Source: Paraspadella gotoi
Taxonomy: Eukaryota; Animalia; Chaetognatha
Assembly: GCA_051294375.1 (NCBI GenBank)
Contig: CM119271.1
Coordinates: forward strand, 9,377,308 to 9,441,307
DNA length: 64,000 bases
Direction of reading: 5' to 3'
The notes beneath the pieces were generated by a model, which saw nothing but the letters and a program-made list of their open reading frames with translations, did no database searches and had not been told where the DNA came from. Each line of letters begins with the position of its first letter. Position 1 is the first letter of the stretch. This document shows positions 24,194-38,849 of the stretch, piece by piece. The translations under genes and the position numbers were made by a program.

Positions 24194-24999
24194 ATTGCGA
24201 CGTCGAAACAATTCGCCAAAAAGGTTGAACGGTGAGTAGAGAGAGAATGGATGCAACGAAGCGTTGTGAGGTTAGCGAGATGCAAAAGGCGAAAGCGAAG
24301 AAGATATTGTACTTTATGTTAAAATTGTTATAACGAATATTAAAATTATATATATTTGCACAATAAATAAGCCTCCTGACTTACTAGCTTTTAATACAGC
24401 CTTTTTTTATAGTTTACTATTTTAACAACACCTAGAGACTAGAGTGTCGATAGAGTATTTGGCTTCTAAACATTGAACTGTATTAAAATAATTATAATGT
24501 TTTTCTAAAGGTTGTTCAAAAAATTATTCACTTGAGTTTATAAAACTGTGAAATAGGAAAGTAATCTCGTCACCTTTAATCACAAACACATATCATACCC
24601 AAAATACTGCAATGCCTAAAATACCCTCCAATCTGAACTCGCGTTTACTGTGAAAATGTTTTCGCAAGAACGAATTTGGAAATCGACTTCCAACGTTTGA
24701 CCGATTCTTCTCTATGCTAATGAGTCTCGGACGCTAATCCCTCAACGACTTCCCTCGGAGGTGAACGCCGGAATTCAAAACAGAGAGAGAGAGACGAGAG
24801 AAGAGGGAGAAGGAAGAGAGGACGAGAGTATGAGAGAGGGAGAGAGAGAGAGAGGAGAGAGAGGAGAGAAAGAGAGAGAGAGAGAAGAGAAGAGAGAGAG
24901 AGAGAGATCCGTGCATTATGCATGTTAGATAGTATTAAACGACGGAGAGATATTGGCTGATTTTGTGTTGTTGTCGTCACCAATATCCGGGACGAGAGA

Positions 25000-25052
<53 letters not shown>

Positions 25053-26178
25053 AGACGAAGAGAGAGAGAGAGACAAAAAAAAAAAAAACTCTTGTTATCG
25101 ATTTTTTGCATTTGTTAATTCCATCGAGGAATGGAAGTGAAGCCGGTCGAGGGACGGGTGAGTCTCGTCTCAGAAAAAAAAACAGTGTTTCAGGGTGTGA
25201 AACTGTGTGATTCGAGCGGAGTAGCGAGAGTTATTAGAGTGGCAAAGGCATAAATAGTTGTGAGAAAACTGGCTGTAATAAAGAAAAGTCCATTTTTTTT
25301 AAAGTTTATTTTTATTTTTCTCAGTTAATTCTTATGTAAAAAAAATGCGTGGGTGAGTTTTTAACGATGATTTGAGAAGTAAGGTGAGGAAAGGTAAGTT
25401 TATTCACGGACGAGGACGAACGGTTGAAGTTAAAGTGTTTTCGACTTGGCGTAGGTGTGGCGTCAAATGTGGCGTCAAATGTGGCGGGAGTGAGGCTAAA
25501 ATGAGTGTGAAGGTTAAAAACTTAGCAGAGAAACTTCATCGACTTTTTTCCAAAACAGTCGATGACGAGATGACTAGAGTCTTCTTCCGGACAGTTTTTT
25601 CTTTGTTTGCTCTGTTTATTGGTCATTTTTTGGGTCATTTTTAGTTCACGTCATGTTTAAAGATTCTTTCGTTATTGAGTTTACGTCCCGCTTCTCTGAA
25701 AATCGAAGTTGTTTTCGAATTTTTATAACAAAATTCGTGGTTTTTTTTTTCCACGTTTTTCTTGAAATTTATTTTTTTTTTATCGTGGAAATTAAAAATA
25801 CTTTTTTTTTAAAAATCCGTTTGATTCGAGGTTTTTATTTTATAAATTTTTTAAAAAAAATTTTCAGGATTTGAGAATAAAAACGAAAACTGAGAGCGAA
25901 GTCGAGGAATAAACAGTGAGAAGAGAGAGAGAGAGTGGGAGCGACTCTGAAAAATAGCGAGAGAGAGAGAGAAACAGATCCAACTCTCGCGAACTTCAAT
26001 CAGGTCGGAGTCTGGGGCGAGGAAGAGGAGGAGGATGAGGAGGAGAAAAGGGGAGGAGGAGGAGGAGCAGGAGGAGGAGGAGGAGAGAGATGAGGAGGAA
26101 GGGTTTAAATTGTCTCCACGTTGGGAGAACGAGGTATTTTCGGGATGAGCCGGACCCCGTTGTGACTTATAGGGAAAA

Positions 26179-26272
<94 letters not shown>

Positions 26273-26589
26273 GAACTATGAGCGATGATCGATATCCCGG
26301 GAAATCGAATCACGTGACCTTTTCTTCTTTGTGTCCTCGACGTCGAAATCATTTCGTCGGAATTCCATCGAATTCTTTTTTTTCGTCAGATTCCATTACG
26401 TTTCGTTTCTTTATTTCCATCGAAATTCCATCGGAATTTTAAATCTCGAATTTTGTTATGAGAGTTCGATGAATCGAATCGTGGACGAAGTTTATTTATC
26501 GCTGAATTCGATACCCGAAAGAGTGACAAAGTTTAGGCGATTGGCGGCGAATTTTGCTCGATTTTTAGTAAAAAGTAAATTAATTAATC

Positions 26590-26782
<193 letters not shown>

Positions 26783-27135
26783 ATTGAAATTAATACAACC
26801 CAATATAAAATTATTCGTTCATTTAATCCCTAAACAAGCCAACTTGCCCCTAACTTTGGAAATATCGAAATTCTGATTTAAATTCATGAAACCATATTGC
26901 TCATTAAGAATAATATATCACCTCCTTTTCAAGGTCGGAGTTTTTCTTATCATTAACCGCGATACAATGATCTAAATATCTATCCTTTTTGCCTCGAGCT
27001 CTCCGCTTTCTTTTAACTCCAGTTAAAAATTGAGATAACGAAAAAACAACAAAAACAAAGAAAGTGAAAAGTAAAACAAACAAACGTTAAGAAAATAACA
27101 AAAAGTGCGCTCTTGAGGCAGAATTACTTGAAGAC

Positions 27136-27183
<48 letters not shown>

Positions 27184-27580
27184 GAAGTCAATGGAGCGTC
27201 GAAGCGTCTAATTTTCGAGTAACCAGACTCGATTCATGCGTGAGATTTGAACAAATGAAGTAATGAACAAGATCTTACGAAAGACGACGAACGATGAAAA
27301 AAAGAAAAGAGAATTTTTTACTTGTCATAATTTTTAAAGTTATCATACGATTTTTGGTTTTTTTTCCATTTTCTTTCTTATGTTTCTTTTACTGTTGTTC
27401 ATTTTTTTTCTTCAAATAAAAGAGAAAAGAATGTTTCTTTTTTCAGTTTTTCCTGTTAAAATTTTTTTCTTTCTTTTTTCCTCAATTTTCTTCATATTTT
27501 TTTTCTGACATTTTTTCTCACTTTTAAGACGTTTTGCCATCGTTTTTTCTCGTCTTTATCCGATTAAAGAAGCCTGCCCC

Positions 27581-27687
<107 letters not shown>

Positions 27688-27820
27688 TTCACACTCGTCT
27701 CCAATTATCCCTTCATCTCTCAAAGTCACTTATTTAAGAGTGACGTCTATTTTTTAAGTTAATTTTTTTCTAAAATTCACTTTCGGAGAAGAGAAGAGAG
27801 ATAGAGAACGAGAGAGAGAA

Positions 27821-27855
<35 letters not shown>

Positions 27856-28550
27856 CGGAAATGAGCGGCTTAACGTTTCCTTCGTCAAGGAAACTTATGT
27901 GTTTACACTTTTTTTTTAAAAATCTTGAAGAGATATTTTTTTGTAAAAAAGTGTAAAAAAAGATTTTTATCGTCCACAAAAGAGAGACATTTGTTTTCTT
28001 TTTCGAATAATCAAATCTGTAAGTGTAAGTGTTGCAAAAAACGTTAAAAAGAAAATATTTATTTTTTATTTAACAGGGAGAAATTTTTTGTTTATTTTTA
28101 ATTCCAAAAACAGTATTACACGTCTTCATAAACAGTAACAGTGTAAAAGACTGAAAAACAAGTAAAAACTAAACAACATATTGAAATTCAATAAAAACAA
28201 AAGATACAAACGTTTAAAATGGTATCGTTAATAAATGTTACCAACACGACAAAAAATTTTACTATTGCAAGCATTAAATGTTTTTATATTAAAAACTATT
28301 GTCACTTGTCAAGCCGGTCAGCTTTATATTCCACTTAATAGACATCAATGAAAAACTTCATAACTTTAAATTAAAAAAATGAACATAATATAAAATTAAT
28401 AAAAAATACAAGGCCGCAATTTTACGCGACAAGGATTGAAATACGAGCGTAAAGTCACATTTTATAAAATTGAATGAAATACTGCAACATGTAAATAAGA
28501 TTAAAATGAGTGTTTTTCTGATAACAAAGAATTTTCAAATTTCCGAAATA

Positions 28551-28615
<65 letters not shown>

Positions 28616-28747
28616 CAAAAATATAGAGCAAGAGACAGACGGAGACAGAGAACGAGTCGGATAGACAAAGTAAAGTAATAAGGCTACGATAATGAAGGCA
28701 AAAAGGCGCCTGTGATGAGTTTCGCATCGGAAATTATGAACATAAAA

Positions 28748-29113
28748 AACAAGAACGGTAATTCAAATGTGTTGCGCCGCAGTGACTGCCTTATCAAGTT
28801 TATTTTCGGGAAATAACATGACGTGACATGACGCGCCATGACATGACTACAATAACTCTCTTAGCCTGTGTATTTATGACACGCACTGAATCGGAATTCC
28901 TATAGTTTTAGGATTTCCTGAAGGCGGCGCAAGAAGTCACTTAGATTTGAGGTTTTTTCCTATCTTAAAAAATGAGCAACCTACTATAGGCAAATTATAT
29001 GCATTTATACGCAAGTGTGACAGACCGACGGATAGACATACCGACCGACCGACTGACCGACCGAAAAGTGACTTTAAGAGTTGTTCCGCCATTACTCGCG
29101 GCGCAACTAAAAA
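28748..29113 (+). mobile_element. Non-autonomous Helentron-type (HINE-like) element, copy 1
   Basis: 5' AATGTGTTGCGCCGCAGTGACT; internal inverted pair AAGTCACTT/AAGTGACTT; (GACC/GACA/GACG)n tract; 3' hairpin ending GCGGCGCAACTAAAAA. Homologous to three other copies. Confidence 0.75.
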
Positions 29114-29724
29114 GAAATAAAAATAAATAAAAAGAGCAGACTCGTCATTCGGTCTTCGGCTCGATCGAAAAAAAAGGGGAATAAAAATGGAAATAAAAAT
29201 GGAATCAAATGGAATCAACGAAGCGATTATCGACGGAAAATGGAATTAGAGGGAAAATGAATTATATCGGAATTGAAGCGAGACGCGCCGGAAGGGCTGA
29301 GGGGGGGGGGAGAGATGAGGAAATTGACAACAACAACAACAATATCGACGACGACGACGAAGGATACTAGTAAAATGGCGGGAAAGGGGATCCATGTTGC
29401 TTTTCTTGATAAAGTTTGATTGCGTTACTAAAACGATAGAAAACACTTTTTATGATGCGCTCAAAGATAATAGATTTTGTTTCTGGAAACGTCGATGAAG
29501 ACAGTTGCAACAATATCGAGTCTTATCGACCATCTGAACAACAAAAACAACAAAATCGCGGAAAAATCGTATGACAAAGCGTGTGGCGTCATTGTGGCGT
29601 AATTGTGGCGTCGTTGTGGCGTCGTTGTGGCGTCATTGTGGCGGTCGTTCATCAGGTTTACCTTTACTCCGTCTTGATGTACACAAACTCGTACGCATTT
29701 TCTTAACAGCCGTAACTCGTGACC

Positions 29725-29920
29725 CGGACTCTCATTGATTAAAGTCATTATGACTACAAGGTTCCTGGTTTAATCCTGCTCCCGTCACTTGCCCTCGAGA
29801 AACGTGAGTACGGCTTAAAGCTACCTTGGGGGCGTGGCAACCTTGCAAACTTGTTTCTCCATCCAAAGTCTATTGCTGGCTAGAGGGGCCAAAAAAGTAA
29901 GCCATACACCCCTTTTAGCG
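29725..29920 (+). mobile_element. Degenerate tRNA-derived SINE-like element
   Basis: ATGACTACAAGGTTCCTGGTTTAATCC resembles a tRNA anticodon-to-B-box segment and the head of the adjacent minus-strand element. Confidence 0.35.
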
Positions 29921-29929
29921 CATTAATTT

Positions 29930-30030
29930 AAATACTAAATGTGGTGCTTGACTGCTTAATAACATCGGGGATCGATCCCGGTATCTAATGGTCATGAGCT
30001 GATGGCTTTACCCATTGAGCCGTTGGGTGA
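29930..30030 (-). mobile_element. tRNA-derived SINE head or tRNA-Met pseudogene
   Basis: Minus strand: A-box-like CGGCTCAATGGGTAAAGC, loop CTCATGA (CAT), B-box-like GGGATCGATCCC. The acceptor and anticodon stems do not pair well. Confidence 0.55.
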
Positions 30031-30448
30031 AAACTGTTTATAGGCGTGGTGAACTTAGCACAATGCCCAACTACTGGATTAACAGCGTTACAAGAAAATG
30101 TAAAACGTAAAACGTAAAATATTTAAAAATGGGAAGAAAAGGAAAAAAGTGGGAAAAAGGGAGGAAAAAAGGGGAAGAGGTAAAAGGAAAATAAGGAAAA
30201 TAAGGATCCTAGGAAAAGGCTCCAGAAAGCGTAGGAAAAAAAAGGAAAACGGAAAAGAAATGTTGGAGAAAAAAGGGAGAGAATCGGATGAAATAAGGGA
30301 AAAGGGAGAGAGAATCTCTCGTCCATTGACGAATCGAATGAAAGGAATGCGAACATTTTTAAAAAAAATTTTATTTCGTTTTTTTTTTATTCGATTTTTC
30401 CCTTCGACAGCCATCGCCGTCCTCGCCAGTCTGTTTGCCGCCCCTGGG

Positions 30449-30485
<37 letters not shown>

Positions 30486-30642
30486 ATTTTTATAGTATTT
30501 ATTTTTATTTGATTTTTTGTTTTATATTCTTTGCCTCCGGAATAAAGCGTTATCATCATTAATTGCTTTTTTTTTCGAAGCGTCGGAGATGAAATTTAAT
30601 TTATGGTTTTTCGAGCTTAGGTTTTTTTTTGTGGTGACAGGT

Positions 30643-30690
<48 letters not shown>

Positions 30691-30727
30691 CAGACCGAAC
30701 AGAAAGTGGAGGAGAGAGGCAGAGTCA

Positions 30728-31760
30728 AAAAGGAGAAAGAGAGAGAGAGACAGTGACAGAAAATAGGTCGAGATAAGAGAAGAAGTCATAGAAAAACCGC
30801 AAACGAGTCAAAGGCAACTGTGAGACGTGAATATGTTAGGTTCGACCCAAACGCCGACGTGAATGTGTTTTTTGTGAAACTTGGTCCGTGAATTAGAGGG
30901 AATTATGAAAATGATTTTCTCATCCTTCTTTATTATTTTTGACGGAGAGAGAAAGACGAGAGACGAGAAGAGAGAAGAAGGAGAGTGTCATAAGGTCCGA
31001 GAATAGATGTTGTTGTCAGTTGTTACAGAGATGAGTCGGACTCTTAAAAATAGCGATGCTAAGGAAAACGAATAGAATAGTTATTACAAATTCCGTAAAG
31101 TCAAAATAAATTAGGATTGAGAAAATTAAGAAATTATCTCATGGCCCAGTCTATAGAAGGAAATTGAGAGGTAAAGCGTAGAGAAATCGTGAATATCTGT
31201 GTTAAACTTTATTACGTCTCACAAGGATTTACAAAGAGGCGAGAGAGAGTGATTTCGCCCTAAAATGATATCGCGAGAGGAGAGCGAGAAGCAAAATAAG
31301 AAGATCGAAACTGGATAAAGGTGAGAGAGCGTGCACGGAGAGAGGAGAGAAGAAAGACAGAGAGAGAGAGAGAGGAGAGAGAGAGTAGAGAGGTCGTCAG
31401 CGAGGCGACGTTGAGAGAATAAAGTACTCAAACGATCGTCGTTTATGTATCAGGAGGTAAAAAAAGGAACTTTAACTTTTTTACGATCTTTTATAGAAAA
31501 AAAAAAACCGAAAGAGAGAGANNNNNNNNNNNNNNNNNNNNNNNNNAAAAGGAGAAAGAGAGAGAGAGACAGTGACAGAAAATACGTCGAGATAAGAGAG
31601 AGTCATAGAAAACCGCAACGAGTCAAAGGCAACTGTGAGACGTGAATATGTTAGGGTTCGACCCAAACGCCGACGTGAATGTGTTTTTGTGAAACTTGGT
31701 CCGTGAATTAGAGGGAATTATGAAAATGATTTTCTCATCTTTGCTTTATTATTTTTGACG

Positions 31761-31797
<37 letters not shown>

Positions 31798-32144
31798 TGT
31801 CATTAAGGTCCGAGATGAGATGTTAGTTGTCAGTTGTTACGGATGAGTCGTGAGCTGCTAAAAATAGCGTATGCTAAGGAAAAATACGAAATAGTTATTA
31901 CAAATTCGTAAAGTCTAAAAAAATTAGGAATTGAGAATTAAGAATTTCCATTGGCCCAGTCTATAGAAGGAATTTGAGAGGAAAGCGTAGAGAAATCGTG
32001 ATATCTGTGTTTAAACTTTATTACGTCTTCACAAGGATTTACAAAGAGCGAGAGAGAGTGATTTCGCTAAAATGATATCGCGAGAGAGAGCGAGAGAGCA
32101 GAAATAAGAAGATCGATAACTGGAAAAGGTGAGAGAGCGTGCAC

Positions 32145-32150
<6 letters not shown>
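30728..32150 (+). repeat. Duplication of about 610 bp (30728-31340 vs 31547-32150) across a 25-N gap; likely assembly artefact
   Basis: Colinear near-identity with scattered indels. Confidence 0.88.
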
Positions 32151-32239
<89 letters not shown>

Positions 32240-34444
32240 AAAGAGCGTTCGTGGGGAGAGGGAGAGTGAGAGACAGAGCGGGAGGAAGGGAGAGACTGAT
32301 AGGGAAAAAAAGAGAGACACGAAGAGAAAGTTCATACGTAAATTAAGACCAAAAGGAAAAAAAACATTTTTTTTCTCAAAAATTAGAGGACAAACGAATA
32401 GAAAGGCACAGAAAAGATCAAAGGCCAAATGTAAAGAACAAAGTTATGCACAGAAAAGATCAAAGGCCAAATGTAAAGAACAAAGTTCGCAAAAAGGAAA
32501 GAATCTTCGCCCCCCCCCTTTTCCTCCTCCTCCTCCTCCCCCTCCTCCTCTTAACCGTGGGGTCGCGATAAAAATTATCGATGAGGAAAAGGGGCTGAAA
32601 TTAAAGGGAGTTAGGGTGTCGTGGTAATTGATTGATTTACTGCAATATGCAATGAAATTATAGTACTCATTATATACCAAGAATGTGAAAGGATAGATAT
32701 AGACAATGCTTTAATCTAATTTAACATATTGCGAAGTAGATATAATAGTTGAAGAGGAAATTCAAAAATTTTTTTTAAATCTTATAACCAAAAATGGAAC
32801 TCAAAGGAGACTTTTCTAATGAGAAGCTAGTTATCAGATAATTGCACATGAAATAAGAAAACAACAAGCCCGATGGGAGAGAAAAACCAAGAAAAAATGA
32901 AAAGGGAGAGCGCGAGAGAGGGAATGAGGAGGCGATTGAGACGATTGAGAGGAGAGGAGAGGAGACAGAGAAGAGAGAGCGGTATGGAGGAGGAGTGAGA
33001 AAACAGAGGAGGAGGAGAGAGACAAGAGAGGACCAGAGATGAGAGAGGACAGACAGGAGCGAGAGAGAGAGAGAGAGAGAAGATGAGAAGAGAGAAACGG
33101 GGAGAAAGAGAAGAAGAGAGAAGAGAGAGGAGGGCGTTTGATCGACAAACGAGGCCGGCCGACGACGCAGCATGTCCTAGATCCAACGCTTTCGTTTTTT
33201 TTTTTTGCTTTTCGCGAGCGCTTCGCAGAACGGATAGAGAAAAGTGGGAAGATTTTTTAAAGGACAAACTCCGAGTCTTGTACTTTTCTGAATTCAGGTC
33301 AGAGCATCGGAGGAGATCAAAAGTCTTGCGGATAAGAAGGCGTATTTTAGAATTGACGTTTGGAGAACCGGTTGCCGGGCAATCAATCTTCGTTGGACCA
33401 GAACCCGATTGTCAACGCGTCTCTTGACCTCAATCCGCCACTTAATAATTTCTTGAACCTTTACTTTATACAATTAAATTCCGAAGCGCGGAAGCCGGTG
33501 TGGGTCCTTTTTTTTTTCTTACTAACTACTTTACTGTCTCACACAGCCCGTGATTCCCTCTTTCTTTCTTGGACCGCCTCCCTCTCTCAACTTTCATCCT
33601 TATCTCCTTTTCCTCTCTCTTTCTCTTTTACTCACCATTCCTCGCCACGCCTCTCTCTCTCTTCTCTATCTCTCATCTCTCTCTCCTTCTCTCTACTCTT
33701 CCTCTTCTCTCTTCTCTTCTCTCCTTCTCTCTACCCACGGACCGCCAGGTTCCGCTGAATTCCAGACAGCAGAAATTAATTACGTGACGTATTACCGGTT
33801 GATTCGAGAAATTAAAATCCGGTCAGCTCCAGACCCCTGGTCTCTCTCTTCTCCGCTTCTCTCTCTCTCTTCTCTCTCCTCTCTCCTCTCCGTCTCTCTC
33901 TCTCTCTCTCTTCAAAAAAAAAAAAAAAAAAAAAAAAACCCAATTGTCCCTCCCCTCNNNNNNNNNNNNNNNNNNNNNNNNNNNNNNNNNNNNNNNNNNN
34001 NNNNNNNNNNNNNNNNNNNNNNNNNNNNNNNNNNNNNNNNNNNNNNNNNNNNNNNNNNNNNNNNNNNNNNNNNNNNNNNNNNNNNNNNNNNNNNNNNNNN
34101 NNNNNNNNNNNNNNNNNNNNNNNNNNNNNNNNNNNNNNNNNNNNNNNNNNNNNNNNNNNNNNNNNNNNCCCTGCCAAAAAAAAATGCCCACATCGCATGA
34201 GAGAATTTACATCTAAATTCAGATCAGAGGACAAACGAAGCGATGATGATCGTTAATTATTCGCGAACGACCATTTTTATCTGACGGAGAGGAAAGGTGA
34301 AAAAAAAAACCAAAAAAACAAGTGAACAAAGATGGGCTCTATTTTCCATAAGCGCCCCATTACTGCTCTTCAATCTCTGTACTTCATTTTAACGATTATA
34401 TTTTACCTTAATCTGTTTCAAAAACTATAATATAAAAACTAACG

Positions 34445-34610
34445 ACCGGGGTTTTGGCGTTTTACTTACTAAAAAAAAAAAATTAAAAAAATTATTATAT
34501 TACATAATTACCCTTTAACCCAAACCACCCCTACTCCTAAACAACCCCTAAACCACCCCTAACCCTAAACCCTTCCTAACCCCGGTCGGCGAAAGTAAAA
34601 TTAACCCACT
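34445..34610 (+). mobile_element. Short dispersed element with CCCTAA-like repeats (related to 15762-16002)
   Basis: Same architecture and shared motifs as the copy at 15.8 kb. Confidence 0.5.
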
Positions 34611-34840
34611 GAATTCTTAACCGTAAGTTTTAACTTAATCCTTGAACTTATAAGATAATTTACACAAGTCCGAATTTAAGATGTAATGGGTGGCTTTGGG
34701 AAAATCAGGTGAAAAAGGTGAAAATGGGCGGGAATGAAGGTTGAAAAAGGTGAGAGAGGGAAGTGTTTTGGGATGTGAGGTAAGTGGGTTGATAGATTAT
34801 GAATATGGATTACGATACATGGGGAAAGGGGACAGATAAA

Positions 34841-35003
34841 GTTAGTACGAGTTAGTAGGAGTTAGTAGAGTTAGTAGATTTAGTATAGTTAGTATAGTTG
34901 GTAGAGTTAGTAGAGTGGGTAGTGTTAGTAGGAGTTAGTAGAGTTAGTAGGAGTTAGTAGAGTTAGTAGAGTTAGTAGAAGTTAGTAGAGTTAGTAGAGT
35001 TAC
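34841..35003. repeat. 9-10 bp tandem repeat AGTTAGTAG(G)
   Basis: About 17 head-to-tail units. Confidence 0.93.
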
Positions 35004-37396
35004 TAGGTAAATGCAATCGGTTGCTCTTGGCTGTTGGAAAAAGCGGCGAAAATAAGTTTAAAGAGAGGGTGGCTGAAGCGGGTGGCTGGAGCAGGCGNNN
35101 NNNNNNNNNNNNNNNNNNNNNNNNNNNNNNNNNNNNNNNNNNNNNNNNNNNNNNNNNNNNNNNNNNNNNNNNNNNNNNNNNNNNNNNNNNNNNNNNNNNN
35201 NNNNNNNNNNNNNNNNNNNNNNNNNNNNNNNNNNNNNNNNNNNNNNNNNNNNNNNNNNNNNNNNNNNNNNNNNNNNNNNNNNNNNNNNNNNNNNNNNNNN
35301 NNNNNNNNNNNNNNNNNNNNNNNNNNNNNNNNNNNNNNNNNNNNNNNNNNNNNNNNNNNNNNNNNNNNNNNNNNNNNNNNNNNNNNNNNNNNNNNNNNNN
35401 NNNNNNNNNNNNNNNNNNNNNNNNNNNNNNNNNNNNNNNNNNNNNNNNNNNNNNNNNNNNNNNNNNNNNNNNNNNNNNNNNNNNNNNNNNNNNNNNNNNN
35501 NNNNNNNNNNNNNNNNNNNNNNNNNNNNNNNNNNNNNNNNNNNNNNNNNNNNNNNNNNNNNNNNNNNNNNNNNNNNNNNNNNNNNNNNNNNNNNNNNNNN
35601 NNNNNNNNNNNNNNNNNNNNNNNNNNNNNNNNNNNNNNNNNNNNNNNNNNNNNNNNNNNNNNNNNNNNNNNNNNNNNNNNNNNNNNNNNNNNNNNNNNNN
35701 NNNNNNNNNNNNNNNNNNNNNNNNNNNNNNNNNNNNNNNNNNNNNNNNNNNNNNNNNNNNNNNNNNNNNNNNNNNNNNNNNNNNNNNNNNNNNNNNNNNN
35801 NNNNNNNNNNNNNNNNNNNNNNNTTAAGATTCTTTTTGCTTTGATATCGCAGATGTTTTGCAAAATAATTTCGGAACGGGCGTTACTGAATTTAAAGGTA
35901 GATGACTGTTGGCTGAAGAAATCACTTCAACACTTTATTGCGTCAGAGGCAACGTACGCTTTTTCACAACAGTCACAAAAAAAAAAAAAAAAAAAAGCAG
36001 AGAGACGAAGTTTTCTCCTCTCCTGCAGCACGTCGGCAGATTGAGCAACTACATTTGTCAGCTATATTAAGAATATGATCAGCTAGTTTTACTACACTTA
36101 ATCAGGTAGGCGTTATCCAACCTTTAAGAATTTAAGATTCTTTCCTATTGCCTTGATAGTACGCACGAATAATGCGCATTTCTATGCAAAAATTAATTGG
36201 GTACGAGGAAACTGGTCAACGGGCCGTCTAACTCGAGCTAGACTAGATTCTACAAGGTACACGTCGAACTTGTTCCGGCTTTGAAGAAAATACACTTCTT
36301 CACTACACTGTTATTGTGCGTCCGAGGCAACACCGCGTCACGCTTGTTTTTCGTCACACCAGGTCGAACATCGGATACAAAAAAAAAAAATAAAATATTA
36401 CAAACCGCGACACAGTTAAAACATCCTACAAGGTGATCGGTGTAATCTTTCTCTCCTCTCTCTCCTCTCCTCTCTCTCATTCGTACAGCTGCGCATTTCT
36501 TCTCTCTCCTTCTTTCTCTCTTCGGTCTCTCCTCTCGCTCTCCTTCACCGTCGTGAATCTTCTCTCTTCGTGCCTCCAGCATCTCTCTCCTCATCTCTTT
36601 TTAGTCTCCTCTCGAATATCTCTGCCGAGTCNNNNNNNNNNNNNNNNNNNNNNNNNTCGCACACCACGATTAAAAGGCGCTTTGCCCGGATCAGACTGAG
36701 TTTCTCTCTTCTCGTCGGATTAAGCGAAGAAGGAAAAACGAAAAAAAGTTGTTTGTTATTCTGGATTAAGAGGCGGAGGTTGGCAGTTGGAGGAGAGAAG
36801 GTAAGGACAACGAAAGAAGGTAAGGACAAGGGAGAAGTAAGTAAGTGTTTAAGGGACTGGCGGTAGGACAGGGGGCAGAAAAGGAAAAAAGAGTAAAAGA
36901 GGAACGTACATGTGAGAAAAGGTAAAGGTAATATGCAGAAAAGGTAAGGTTCATTACGATTTTCTAAAATTTTACAAAAATGTATCATAACAATAACACA
37001 ATATAATAGTTTTATTATGTTAAAATTTCCTTTCCCAAACAAAAACTGTTGTTCCTAAATAGTTTTATTAAAATTTTATAGTACATTTAGGGAGAAAGAA
37101 CGGTTGAGGAAAAAGTAAAATTTAACTTAAGACGGTCGATATGGGAGTAAAAGTGTAAACAAGTAGTCGAACATTGAACAAAGACGTTAGCAATGGGAAT
37201 GACAAGACAAATATAAAGGGACAATGGAAAGAAAAAGAGAAAAGAGCAACAAAATGGCGAGTTAAAGGCAGAGGCGAAAAAGGGAAAGGCGAAAAGCGGA
37301 AGGTAAAGGCAAAGGCGGAGAAGTAAGAAAGGAGAAGGAAGAGGAGGAGAAAAAAGAAATCGAGTTGTTTTGAAATTCAGATGTGACGTTGAGAGA

Positions 37397-37478
<82 letters not shown>

Positions 37479-38736
37479 GTGGAGGTGGACTGATTGAAGG
37501 GGAAATCGGATCCGTGATTGGTGAGGTGTGACTCTGGAGGAAATTGGTGACAGGTGATCCTAAAAAGAAGGATTCAAATACAACTACAGGGGTTTGCGAT
37601 CTACAGGGCAGAGATTCGATATAAATATAAGAAACGGAGAACGAGTACGCTTTTAAAAATTAAATTAACAATTTCAACGGATATATACAATGAAATAATT
37701 TAAAATTGAACATTAAAAATCAATTAAGTAATAAAAGGACAAAATACTGTTTTTTTTCCGCATAAAGTGTTATATTGTAAAAAAAAGTGTTAAATTCGTT
37801 CCCGCCTTGATGGAAAGAGCGGGAACACGAGGCGAGGTGTCGAAGTGGGTGGATACGGTGAACGGTGAACGGTGAACGGACTTGTGAGGCGATTGAATGG
37901 TGATTTGAGAAACAAAATGGCCGAAAAAGACCCAAAGTCGCGATCNNNNNNNNNNNNNNNNNNNNNNNNNNNNNNNNNNNNNNNNNNNNNNNNNNNNNNN
38001 NNNNNNNNNNNNNNNNNNNNNNNNNNNNNNNNNNNNNNNNNNNNNNNNNNNNNNNNNNNNNNNNNNNNNNNNNNNNNNNNNNNNNNNNNNNNNNNNNNNN
38101 NNNNNNNNNNNNNNNNNNNNNNNNNNNNNNNNNNNNNNNNNNNNNNNNNNNNNNNNNNNNNNNNNNNNNNNNNNNNNNGAGAGACAGAGAGAGGAAAAAG
38201 AAATGAAAGAAAAAAAGAATTAAAGAAAGAAGGAGTGAAATAAATGAATGAATAAATAAATACATCAATCAATCAGCCAATCAATTAATCAATTAATCAA
38301 TAAATGAAGAAAAAAATAAGAAAGAAAGAAATAAATAAAATTGGAAAATTAGAAAGACTTAAATAAAAATTAAGAGAAGTATAAATTAATGAATAAATAA
38401 ATACATAAATAAATAAAAAGAGAGAAAAAAATAGTAAAACAAAGAAAGAAAGAGATTTAAAGAGAGAAAGAAATATATAATGAAAAACTCGAAAAAAAAA
38501 AAATTAAGAAAACAATGAATTGATGAATAAATAGATAATGACATAAAAGCGAGAAAGAAAGAAGGAAAAAAAGAAAGAAAGAAAAAACAAAAGTACAAAA
38601 TTTAAAAAGAGTCGAAGAGAGTGAGAAATTTAGGAATCGTTAAAACTGAAGACGAAAGTAAAGAGAAGAGATAAAAAGACGAACGAAGACGATTACAACG
38701 AAAGAACGATCCTTCTTAATCGTTTTCAACGTTTTT

Positions 38737-38849
<113 letters not shown>

